Source of the DNA: Halorientalis sp.
Lineage (GTDB): Archaea > Halobacteriota > Halobacteria > Halobacteriales > Haloarculaceae
DNA length: 64,000 bases
Direction of reading: 5' to 3'
NCBI RefSeq assembly: GCF_028275115.1
Contig: NZ_JAQCNH010000001.1
Location: 17,321-81,320 of the forward strand
The position numbers and the translations under genes are program-made. The notes under the pieces are model-generated. The model was not told where the DNA came from, made no database searches, and saw only the letters and a program-made list of their open reading frames with translations. Of this stretch, positions 1 to 8,438 are shown one piece after another. The number at the start of each line of letters is the position of its first letter. Position 1 is the stretch's first letter.

Positions 1-428
1 CCGAGACTCCTTCATATTCGTTCCCTTTGAAAGACGAACGCGGTCGTACTCGGTATCCAAATTAAATCCCTTGTTCTTCCATGTCACCGTTGAGCGTGGG
101 TGTTCGTCGCCGCTTTTAGGATAGCCGGGCGGGTTCGCGTTAGAACCGTTTTGTTCGTACCACGAGATGAACGCTTCACCGAGTTCTTGGAGCACTCGTT
201 GACTGGACTGTGAGTGCAAGTCCGCATAGCGGTCGTGATTCTTGAGGTACGAACAGATTTCATCGGCGTCTGGAGTATGGCCGATACATCCCAAACACGG
301 GATATCGTCCATCGACCGATGTTCCACAGTTTGCTGGCGGCGAAGCCATGCGAATCGAGATCATCGTGGACCTGCGAGTGATTGGTGAGACTCGCTTTCA
401 GTGTCCGAGTGATGGCCTGATTCGACAC
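1..428 (-). pseudogene. tnpB: IS200/IS605-family (IS1341-type) TnpB, 5' part, frameshifted; continues beyond the window start
   Basis: Start GTG at 428 gives VSNQAITRT...DSHGFAASKLWN. After a 1-nt frameshift near 285-290 the reading continues IGHTPDADEICSYLKNHDRYADLHSQSSQRVLQELGEAFISWY...PPGY...HPRSTVTWKNKGF, the typical haloarchaeal TnpB N-terminus. Confidence 0.88.
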
Positions 429-566
429 ACGTAAGCATATTACATACATAATTATTCGTATTAATACCCGTGGTGGAATATCCAGCCGTAGCTGCGAGTG
501 TGGTTTGACGCCAAGTTGTCAGATTCAACCCCGCCCTAAATGGCGAGGCTTTCTCCTCGTTCTTCC
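1..566 (-). mobile_element. Left end of an IS200/IS605-family element lacking tnpA
   Basis: AT-richer than the flanks. Imperfect subterminal hairpin ccccgccctaaatggcgaggctttc at about 528-553. On the minus strand the element begins right after TTAC (plus-strand gtaa, 567-570), a typical IS605-family target tetranucleotide. Confidence 0.7.
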
Positions 567-594
567 GTAAAAACGCGCCGTCCGCTCTTCCGCG

Positions 595-1041
595 TCAGGT
601 CACCAGCGAGAGCATCTCACAGGACAGCACCGTGTCGTCGTCCTGTGTGACCACGGCGATGTCGTACCGGACGACGCCGGTCGCGACGGGGTGCTCTCGG
701 GGTTCTTTCTCGAGCACCTCGATTTCGACGTGAATCGTGTCGCCGATGAGCGTCGGCCCGACGAACCGCACCTCGTCGATGCCGTAGAACGCGACGACGG
801 CGTCACGCTCTTTTTGAGACCGGGACTGCCAGAGCAGGCCCGTCGCTATCGAGAACACCAGCATTCCGTGGGCGATCCGCTCGCCGAAGGCCGAGTCGGC
901 CATCGACTCGGCGTCGGTGTGCAGGTGGTTGAAGTCGCCGCTGACGCCGGCGAAGTTGACCACGTCCGTCTCCGTGACCGTCCGGGCCTGGGTCTCGCGC
1001 TGTTCGCCGATCTCGACCGTCTCGAAGTAGCTCTCTGTCAT
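595..1041 (-). CDS. MaoC/PhaJ-like (R)-specific enoyl-CoA hydratase, hot-dog fold
   Basis: MTESYFETVEIG...FAGVSGDFNHLHTD...FGERIAHGML hydratase-2 motif; ATGA overlap with the upstream gene. Confidence 0.9.
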   Translation of the reverse strand: MTESYFETVEIGEQRETQARTVTETDVVNFAGVSGDFNHLHTDAESMADSAFGERIAHGMLVFSIATGLLWQSRSQKERDAVVAFYGIDEVRFVGPTLIGDTIHVEIEVLEKEPREHPVATGVVRYDIAVVTQDDDTVLSCEMLSLVT

Positions 1042-1520
1042 AGTGAACTGTCCGTAAAGAGTCGGTAGGTCGTCGCGCCGATGGCGACGACCTTGCGTTC
1101 GCCGTCGTCCGTCTCGCCGGTGACGGTGACCCGGGTGACGCCGGTCGAGGTACCCGAGCGGATGACTTCCGCCTCGACCTCGATATCGGAGGTCGCCGGC
1201 CGAACGTACTTCACGTCCAGGTCCGTCGTCGCCAGCGTCGTCTCCATCGGATCGTCCATGGTCGTCCGGAGCGCGAACGCACTGCAGGTGTCGATCAGCG
1301 TGGCGGTCACGCCGCCATGAATCGTGCCCGTCACCCAGTTTGCGAGTTTCTCCTGGTAGGGCAGATGCATGACCGCACGGCCCACCTCCAGGTCCGCGAC
1401 CGTGATGTTCAGCCACGAGAGATAGCCGTGGTTTTCGAGGACGTACGCGGCCACCTCCGCGCTGGGAGCGTCCGGATCGATGTCGACCGGGGTCGACCGG
1501 CTCTCGTCGTCCTCGTCCAT
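1038..1520 (-). CDS. PaaI-family acyl-CoA thioesterase
   Basis: GTIHGGVTATLIDTCSAFA and TTDLDVKYVRPA motifs. Confidence 0.9.
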   Translation of the reverse strand: MDEDDESRSTPVDIDPDAPSAEVAAYVLENHGYLSWLNITVADLEVGRAVMHLPYQEKLANWVTGTIHGGVTATLIDTCSAFALRTTMDDPMETTLATTDLDVKYVRPATSDIEVEAEVIRSGTSTGVTRVTVTGETDDGERKVVAIGATTYRLFTDSSL

Positions 1521-3479
1521 CTATTTGCCCTCGAACTCGGGGTCGCGGTCCTCGGCGAACGCCGAGGTGCCCTCGAGGACGTCCTCGGTGCTCATCAGGA
1601 GGCCGAAGCTCTGACTCTCCATCGTCAGTGCGGCTTCGAGGCTCGCGTCTTCGCCGCGGTTCATAATCTTCTTCGCGTAGTCCAGCGCGACGGGCGGGCC
1701 CTCGACGATGTCGTCGACGAACTCCGCACAGACGTCGTCGAACTCCTCGGGGTCGACGGCTCGGTTGATCAGCCCCCAGTTTTCGGCCTTCTCGGCGGAG
1801 ATGCGCTCGCCGCGGAAGACGAGTTCTTTCGCACGCGCCTCGCCGATCATCCGCATCGTGCGCTGGGTGCCACCGCCGCCGGGGAGCAGTCCGAGGTTGA
1901 TTTCGGGGAAGCCGAACTGCGAGTCCTCGGTCGCGATCCGGAGGTCACAGGCCAGCGCGAGTTCGTGACCGCCACCCAGACAGAAGCCATCGATCTTGGC
2001 GATTGTGGGCCTGGGGAAGTCGTTCACCGTCTCGAACATCGAGGTTATCGTACCGCCTTCCCAGGGTTCGGTGCTGGCGAAGCCACCGATGTCCGCGCCG
2101 GCACAGAACGCGCGGTCGCCCGCACCCTCGAACGTAACACAGCGAACTGTCTCCAGATCGGCGTTGTTCAGGACGTGCTCGATCTCGTCCATCAGGTCCT
2201 CGTTGAGCGCGTTCATCCGCTCGGGGCGGTCGAGTTCGACGGCCAGCACCTCGCCCGCCTCGAGGACGTTCAGCGTGCGGTACTCACGGTCGCCGCCCGA
2301 CTCGCCGTACTCGTAGAAGCCGCGGTTGGCGTCCTCACCGGTGTGGCCGTCGGTGACGAGTTCGACCAGATAGTCTGCGGGCCGGTACCGCTCGGCCTCG
2401 GTCTGCTCGTGTAGCGTCTCCAGTTTGTCCAGCACCGCGTCCAGTCCGAGTTTGTCCGCGCGGCGACAGGGGCCCTCGGGGAAGCCGGCACCCAGGCGCA
2501 TTCCGGTGTCGATGGCGTCGGGCGTGGCGACGTCCGACCCGATGAGTTTGGCGGCCTCGTTGACCATCCGGGCCTCGATACGGAGCCAGTCGAACTCCTC
2601 CGACGCGTCTTCGTGGCCGTAATCGGCCCCGTCACCGTCCTCGTAGTCGTAGTAACCCTTGCCGGTCTTCTGGCCGAGTTCCTCGGCCTCGACTTTCTCC
2701 TCGACGATTGGCGGAACCGGCTTGCCCGCCTCCTTCCGGACGTGGTAGCCGATGTCGATACCGGTCAGATCGCCCAGCTCGAATGGGCCCATCGGATAGC
2801 CGCGCTCGTGGACCATCGTGGCGTCGACCTCGCGGACGGTGGCTTCGTCGGCACTGACCATCCAGCCGGCCTCGTCGCCGAACGGACCCAGCACCGAGTT
2901 GACGACGAAACCGTTCACGTCTTTCCGGACGTAGATCGGCGTCTTGCCGATAGACTCGACGAACTCGTAGGCCGTTTCGGCAGTCTCGTCTGTCGTCTGC
3001 TCGCCGTAGATGACCTCGACGAGGTCCATCTTGACTGGCGGATTGAAAAAGTGCATTCCGACGACCGCGTCGGGTTTGTCGGTGGCCGTCGCGATTTCCG
3101 TGATCGACAGCGAAGAGGTGTTCGACGCGAGAACGGTGTCCGCCGGCGTGAACTCAGTGAGGTCGCCGTAGATTTCCTTCTTGAGGTCCATCTGCTCGGG
3201 CGCGGCCTCGATCACGAGGTCTACGTCCTCGACGGCGGCTTCCAGGTCGACCGCGGTCTCGATCCGGCTCATCACGTCTTCGGGTTCCTCGTCGACGATG
3301 CCCTTCTCGGCGAGCTTCTCGAGGCTCCACTCGATATCCTCGTAACCTTCGTCGACGATCTCCCGTTCGATATCCCGCATCACGACGTCGTAGCCGGCGA
3401 TGGCGACGACCTCTGTGATACCGTGACCCATGCTCCCGGCGCCGAGTACCGCGACGCGCTCGATGTCGTCAACTGACAT
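1521..3479 (-). CDS. Bifunctional 3-hydroxyacyl-CoA dehydrogenase / enoyl-CoA hydratase
   Basis: VAVLGAGSMGHG, ASNTSSL, GMHFFNPP in the N-terminal part; C-terminal crotonase motifs FCAGADI and GGGHELALACD, PEINLG. Confidence 0.95.
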   Translation of the reverse strand: MSVDDIERVAVLGAGSMGHGITEVVAIAGYDVVMRDIEREIVDEGYEDIEWSLEKLAEKGIVDEEPEDVMSRIETAVDLEAAVEDVDLVIEAAPEQMDLKKEIYGDLTEFTPADTVLASNTSSLSITEIATATDKPDAVVGMHFFNPPVKMDLVEVIYGEQTTDETAETAYEFVESIGKTPIYVRKDVNGFVVNSVLGPFGDEAGWMVSADEATVREVDATMVHERGYPMGPFELGDLTGIDIGYHVRKEAGKPVPPIVEEKVEAEELGQKTGKGYYDYEDGDGADYGHEDASEEFDWLRIEARMVNEAAKLIGSDVATPDAIDTGMRLGAGFPEGPCRRADKLGLDAVLDKLETLHEQTEAERYRPADYLVELVTDGHTGEDANRGFYEYGESGGDREYRTLNVLEAGEVLAVELDRPERMNALNEDLMDEIEHVLNNADLETVRCVTFEGAGDRAFCAGADIGGFASTEPWEGGTITSMFETVNDFPRPTIAKIDGFCLGGGHELALACDLRIATEDSQFGFPEINLGLLPGGGGTQRTMRMIGEARAKELVFRGERISAEKAENWGLINRAVDPEEFDDVCAEFVDDIVEGPPVALDYAKKIMNRGEDASLEAALTMESQSFGLLMSTEDVLEGTSAFAEDRDPEFEGK

Positions 3480-3758
3480 GCGGGGTAGCTGTACCCCCAC
3501 CGGTATAACTCCACCGGAGCAGTGGAACGCTGTAAACCCTGTTTCGATGTATCTTGTCAGTTGTAAACCAGAGAGGGGTGAGCAGGTGGTTCGTGTTAAG
3601 ACCTGCCTGGTACACCGGATACAGGTCGCAACCCGTCGTGAATTTCCAACTTTTTACATGTATGTTTTTCGTCTTCCATCGGAAGGGATTGTTACCAGGC
3701 TCTCGTGGAGCGTTAATAATACGAACACAGAATTCGGAAGCGTTCCGGTCGTCGAGAG

Positions 3759-4637
3759 GTGGTCCGGGTGGTCGTGATCGACGGACACGGCGGCTACGTC
3801 CCGCTGTATCGCGTCGACAGAAGCGAAGTGGCCGCCCAGCAGGGCGGTCGGGGCCGTGGCGAGAGCGCCGTGCCGGCCCGCGACGAGAACCATATCACGA
3901 TGGCCTGTGAGGCGGCCGGCAACGCTCTCACCCGTGCCAGCGTGGCTGGTGACGACCTCGGTGCAGTTCTCACCGCGAGCGTGAGCGGTCCCTTCGCCGA
4001 ACACGGGGTCGCGCCACACGCCGCCTACCGCCTCGGCGCTACCGGAGCCGTTCGGACGACCGACCTGTGCGGGAGTCGGCGTCGACGTCCTCCCCGCTGA
4101 CCCGAGTCCGACGACGTGGCCGAAGCCGGTGCTGGCGCGGGTGCGGTCGTCCTCCGCTCCGAAGCCGACAGTCCCGCCGCTGAACTCCTCGGCACAGCAC
4201 ACGAGACGACCGGGTTCGTCGAACACCACCGCCGCCACGGCGAACCCGGAGAGAGCGGCGACTCCAAGTTCGAGAGCCGACACGGTGTCGAGGATGCCGT
4301 CCCAGCGGCCACGGAGCGGGCGCTCGACGGGACGGAACCGGCGAACGCCGCGGCCGTGGCACCCAGCGGCCGACTCGCCGGGGCCGCCGCCGACGCGGCC
4401 GCCGCGTTGCTCGACTTGGCGCGCCTGCCGGAGACCGCAGACGCCGGCGAGACGGTGCTACTCGTCGCCTACGGCGCTGGCGGTGCCGGTGCAGTCGCTC
4501 TGCAGACGGGTGATGGCGTCGGGACGGCCGGTGCCAAGTCGGTCGCCACGTATCTCGACGCCAGCGAGGAGACCAGTTATGCCAAACACCAGGAGTGCCG
4601 CGAGTCCGTCGAGTACGAGGGGGTGAAGACCACATGA
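3759..4637 (+). pseudogene. HMG-CoA-synthase-like (thiolase-fold) protein, in-frame TGA at 4098-4100 plus internal deletions
   Basis: GGYVPLYRVDR...AVPARDENHITMACEAA N-terminus and AGAGAVVL, LLVAYGAGG motifs lie in the same frame on both sides of a stop; only about 290 codons. Confidence 0.75.
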
Positions 4638-5035
4638 GCAGGCCACGATACGAACGAAGCAAACACCGGAATCGACACTCGGCCGGCTTCGGGTGCCAGG
4701 CCTGCGGCTGGGTGTCGCTCCCGGAGGAGAAACGCACCTGCAAACGGTGTGGGGACGGCCCAGCCGAGATAGCGAAGATGCAACTGCAGGAACACGGCGA
4801 GATTCAAACGTTCGTCGTCCAGCAGTACCTCCCCGAGGACATCGAGACGCCGCAACCCGTGGCCGTCGTCGACCTGCCACAGGTCGGTGACGGCGAACCG
4901 GTTCGGGCATACGGCCTGTTGGCCGAGATCGATGTGGGTACCGAGGTGGTCGCCCGCTTCCGTGAACTGTTCAGCGACGGCGAGCGGCCGATCAACTCGT
5001 TCAAATTCAGCGTTCCCCGGAACGAGAAAACACGA
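4634..5035 (+). CDS. DUF35-type Zn-ribbon / OB-fold acyl-CoA-binding protein; native stop apparently lost (3' end approximate)
   Basis: CQAC...CKRC zinc ribbon followed by GEIQTFVV...P.P.AVVDL OB fold. ATGA overlap with the previous gene. The ORF runs on to 5395 out of frame over the thiolase. Confidence 0.7.
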
Positions 5036-5090
5036 GTCAGCCCAGAGCGAAACACTGGTTTGGCCACACTCGACACCGGCGGTGGCTCGC

Positions 5091-6002
5091 GTGACGGACC
5101 CACACGTCGTCGGCGCAGGGATAATCGACTTCGGCGAACTGTACGAGCAGTCCTTCGACGACCTGCTCGAATCGGTGTCCCTCTCGCCAATCGAAGGCGT
5201 CGACAAGGGCGTCGACCCGGGCGACATCAACGCTGCCTGGTACGGCACCATCGACATCGCCAGCGAGGGGGCGTCGGGGTCGGCCGTCGCTCATGCTACC
5301 GGTCTGTTCGAGCGGCCGATCACCCGAATCGAGAACGTCTGTGCGACCGGGAGCGACGCCTTCCGGAACGCCGTTCAGGCCGTCAAAGCGGGTGACGTCG
5401 AGGTCGCGCTGGTCATCGGCACCGAGAAGATGACCGACTCCACCGAAGGGGTAATGTGGCTTACGCGCTTCCTCCCACCCCTGGAGGGGTGGGCTTCCGC
5501 GCTGTTACCGCTGTGAACTACCCAACCCTACTCAGCCGCTGACGCGGCTTCCTTGAGGGTGGGGCTTCCTGTTTCTATGACGCGCTTTACATCTAATTTC
5601 CCGGCGACCCGGCAGGCCTCCACGCAGGCCTACGAACGCGCCGGACTCGGCCCCGACGGCATCGACGTGGCCGAGGTCCACGACTGTTTCTCGATTACGG
5701 AACTAATCACCTACGAGGACCTGGGGTTCTGTGACGAGGGAGCGGGCGGCCAGTTCCTCGACGACGGTCACCCCCATCTCGACGGCGACAAGTCCGTCGA
5801 CCCTTCTGGCGGCCTGCTGTCGAAGGACCATCCCATCGGGGCGACCGGCGGAGCCCAAATCGCCGAGATATTCGAACAGCTCCGGCGTGAGGCCGGCGAC
5901 GTGCAGGTGGACGGGCCGGAGGTCGGACTCCAGCACGACATCGGCATCGGTCGCAACGCGACCGGCGCAGTGTCCTGCGTGAACGTTCTGGAGCGACCCT
6001 GA
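5091..6002 (+). pseudogene. Thiolase (SCP2-type/archaeal acetyl-CoA acetyltransferase), split by an IS-end insert with loss of the central region
   Basis: N-part: ENVCATGSDAFRNA...GTEKMTD (5091-5450). C-part: FPATRQA...DVAEVHDCFSITE...SGGLLSKDHPIGATG (about 5595-6002). Only about 256 codons remain; the middle domain is missing. Confidence 0.88.
5451..5594 (-). mobile_element. IS200/IS605-family end remnants: a right-end-like segment abutting a left-end-like segment
   Basis: Perfect hairpin CCCACCCCT-GG-AGGGGTGGG (5474-5493). A second compound hairpin, CCCAACCCT...AGCCGC-TGAC-GCGGCT...AGGGTGGGG (5521-5564), ends on the minus strand in GGGTAGTTCAC. The segment has no thiolase coding character. 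Confidence 0.7.
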
Positions 6003-6015
6003 GACCGCCGCCGTC

Positions 6016-6735
6016 TCAGCCGTCCGACTGCAGGCGTGTGGGCACCGTCGGAACCGTCTCGTTGTACCCGGAGAACCACGTTACCATCGTTGCGCGCCCG
6101 ATTTCACCACGGTTCCGGAATTTGAGCGTCATCTCGACCCGCTGGATGCGGTGGGTGGTCCGGTTCAGGAAGACGTCGTAGGAGCGGTCAAGTACCGTCA
6201 CCGGCGCGGCCCGGTCGATACCGTTGCCGGGTTGTTCGACCAGAATCGCCGCGAGCGTGTTGTTTCTCGGCGCCAGTTCGAGGTGGTAGGTCGGTTGCCC
6301 GTCTGTCCGTGCGCGCTGGAAGTCGGCCACCTGTGAGTCGTTCAGCAACGCCATCTGTTCGCGCGCAGGGTCGTTCCTCCCGTCGAAACCGCCGGGAACC
6401 GTCTGCCAGCCGTCACTGGTGTTGCGGTAGGCCTGGCCACCGACGCGGTGGGTGGTGTCGTTGCCGTCGGTACTGTAGACGCTCGTGGCCACCGTGGATC
6501 GGTTGACCAGCGTCGTCTCGTTGGTGAACGTGCGGTTGGCTCCGGTCGACACGTCCAGGTTCGTGACCGTCCGATAGCTATCGACCGATCCCATCGCGTC
6601 GATCGCGTCTGACTGCAGCGAAACCGCCTGCCCACCGACCGACGTGGCCCCTGTTATGGGGACGAGGCCGGCACCGCTAACGAGGACGACAAACGTCAGC
6701 GCGGCTATCAGTGTCGCGTGGTGGAGGGACGCCAT
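6016..6735 (-). CDS. Secreted protein, LppX/LolA-like beta fold, multiple N-glycosylation sequons
   Basis: N-terminal hydrophobic signal; DAIDAMGSVDSYR...TYHLEL...YDVFLNRTTHRIQRVE...FSGYNE pattern; nine N-x-S/T sites. Confidence 0.6.
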   Translation of the reverse strand: MASLHHATLIAALTFVVLVSGAGLVPITGATSVGGQAVSLQSDAIDAMGSVDSYRTVTNLDVSTGANRTFTNETTLVNRSTVATSVYSTDGNDTTHRVGGQAYRNTSDGWQTVPGGFDGRNDPAREQMALLNDSQVADFQRARTDGQPTYHLELAPRNNTLAAILVEQPGNGIDRAAPVTVLDRSYDVFLNRTTHRIQRVEMTLKFRNRGEIGRATMVTWFSGYNETVPTVPTRLQSDG

Positions 6736-6868
6736 GTCGTTCGGTACAACCGCTCCCGGGATTCATCAAGCCATTGGTCCTCGGACAGACCGGCCGGGTC
6801 AGGGCGCTCTCGGCGGCCAGGCGTGTAACTCGATACCTGTATCGTCCGTGCGGGCCGCAGTCACCGGC

Positions 6869-7147
6869 TTAGAGTTTGCTCTCGGCGTCCTCGGCGAGTT
6901 CCTTCATCCGTTTGCCGATACGGCCGGCGTCGGAGAACTCGTCTTCACTCATGGCGGTGGCCAGCGCGTTCCCGAGGACGAAAACGGCGTGTTTGTGTTC
7001 GCTCTTGGATTTGTGCACGTCGTTTGGCGTCACGTCGAGTTCTTCGTACGGGTCGAACAGTCCCGAGTTTACATCCTCCAGACTCGAAAAGTAGTCTTTG
7101 ATCTGCACCATGTGGTCGTGCAGTTCAAGCAGTTCGTCTTTGTGCAT
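6869..7147 (-). CDS. UPF0058 family protein
   Basis: MHKDELLELH...VHKSKSEHKHAVFVLG. Confidence 0.85.
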   Translation of the reverse strand: MHKDELLELHDHMVQIKDYFSSLEDVNSGLFDPYEELDVTPNDVHKSKSEHKHAVFVLGNALATAMSEDEFSDAGRIGKRMKELAEDAESKL

Positions 7148-7171
7148 CTCTACGACGATATACGCAAATGC

Positions 7172-7190
7172 GCCGTTTAAGGGTTTTCGA
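7172..7190 (-). promoter_or_regulatory. BRE/TATA promoter of the UPF0058 gene (leaderless)
   Basis: Minus strand GAAAACCCTTAAA about 27-30 nt upstream of the ATG at 7147. Confidence 0.55.
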
Positions 7191-7316
7191 CAACTCACGT
7201 CACAGGCTCACATAGCTGTGTCGGTACGGACCGGACGAACGTGGCGACTACTTTCGACCGACGGCGACGTAACCCAGTCTGTGGGTGGGCACCGGCGTCT
7301 GGCGGTCGGCGGACTG

Positions 7317-7532
7317 TCAGAAGACGTACTCGTCGTCGTGGCCCATCATCCCGTCGTCTTCGAATCCAGCCTCGTCGTCTTCGTCGACCGGACCGCTGGT
7401 CTTGTACGCCTTGATACCGGTCGAGAGGAGGTCTTCGATGGCTTCTTCGCGGTTTAGGAACTCCCCCTTCTCGACGAGCTGGGCGATTCGCATCTCGAGG
7501 TGCTCGGGGATTGTTATCTCTGCCTTCGACAT
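7317..7532 (-). CDS. Ribbon-helix-helix (CopG-like) DNA-binding protein with acidic tail
   Basis: EITIPEHLEMRIAQLVEKGEFLNREEAIEDLL: beta strand plus two helices, G-x-F-x-N/S-R-x-E motif. Confidence 0.8.
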   Translation of the reverse strand: MSKAEITIPEHLEMRIAQLVEKGEFLNREEAIEDLLSTGIKAYKTSGPVDEDDEAGFEDDGMMGHDDEYVF

Positions 7533-7758
7533 TTGGACAGTGAAAGTTTCGACTGAGGGGTACTTAACTCTGACGGGGATTCTTCGGTTCGAGTAAAATT
7601 CTTTATCAGCAATCGCAAACTAGACTTTCCAGATACGAGTACTATATTTCCGGATTCCATCACTCGGGTTCCGCTATCGGCAAGCAGTCCCACAGACGAC
7701 AGGTCCGTCCAAAGTCGGCACGCATAGGTGGCTGTAACCCGTTCGTTCGACCGTACCC

Positions 7759-8349
7759 GTGACCGACGTTACGGACCTCTACGAGGAGTTCGGCGACGAG
7801 CGGCTGCCGCCCGGCCAGCACGAGACGAGCGACTTCCCAGTCCTCTCGAAGGGAAACACGCCGGCGTGGGACCCCGAAACGTGGACCTTCCGGGTCAGCG
7901 GAGCCGTCGACGAAGAACTGGAACTGTCGTGGGCGGAGTTCACCGCGCTCCCCAGCGTCACCCAGCGACAGGACTTCCACTGCGTCACCGGCTGGAGTCG
8001 GTTTGACTGCGAGTTCACCGGCGTCTCGTTCCCCGAACTGGCCGAGCGCGCCGGCGTTCACGACGACGCCTGTCACGTGATGTTTACCGCGCTCGACGAC
8101 TACACGACGGACCTGCCACTCGAAGCCTGTATGCGCGAGGAGGTACTGTTCACCTACGGGTTCGACGGGGAGGACCTCCCCGCCGACCACGGCGGCCCCC
8201 TTCGGGTCGTGACGCCGCACAAGTACGCGTACAAGGGCGCAAAGTGGGTGTGTGGTGTCGAGTTCCTGACCGAACCGGAGCGCGGGTTCTGGGAACAGCG
8301 GGGCTACTCTGTGACGGCCGACCCGTGGGCGGAAGACCGGTACAGCTGA
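7759..8349 (+). CDS. Sulfite-oxidase-like molybdopterin oxidoreductase (cytoplasmic)
   Basis: LPPGQ, DFHCVTGWS (Moco Cys), HGGPLRVVTP, YKGAKWV, GFWEQRGY. Confidence 0.9.
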   Translation: MTDVTDLYEEFGDERLPPGQHETSDFPVLSKGNTPAWDPETWTFRVSGAVDEELELSWAEFTALPSVTQRQDFHCVTGWSRFDCEFTGVSFPELAERAGVHDDACHVMFTALDDYTTDLPLEACMREEVLFTYGFDGEDLPADHGGPLRVVTPHKYAYKGAKWVCGVEFLTEPERGFWEQRGYSVTADPWAEDRYS

Positions 8350-8438
8350 TTGGCAGGCGACGTGTCCGGTGAAAACGGGCAATTTCTACCGCGCCGGAAG
8401 GACAGTCTCAAGAGGGACCGACCCTGAGAATCAGTGGA

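Noticed and set aside
595-1416. 273-aa ORF extending MaoC upstream
   Set aside because: The extension overlaps the PaaI gene out of frame; the real start is 1041 with an ATGA coupling.
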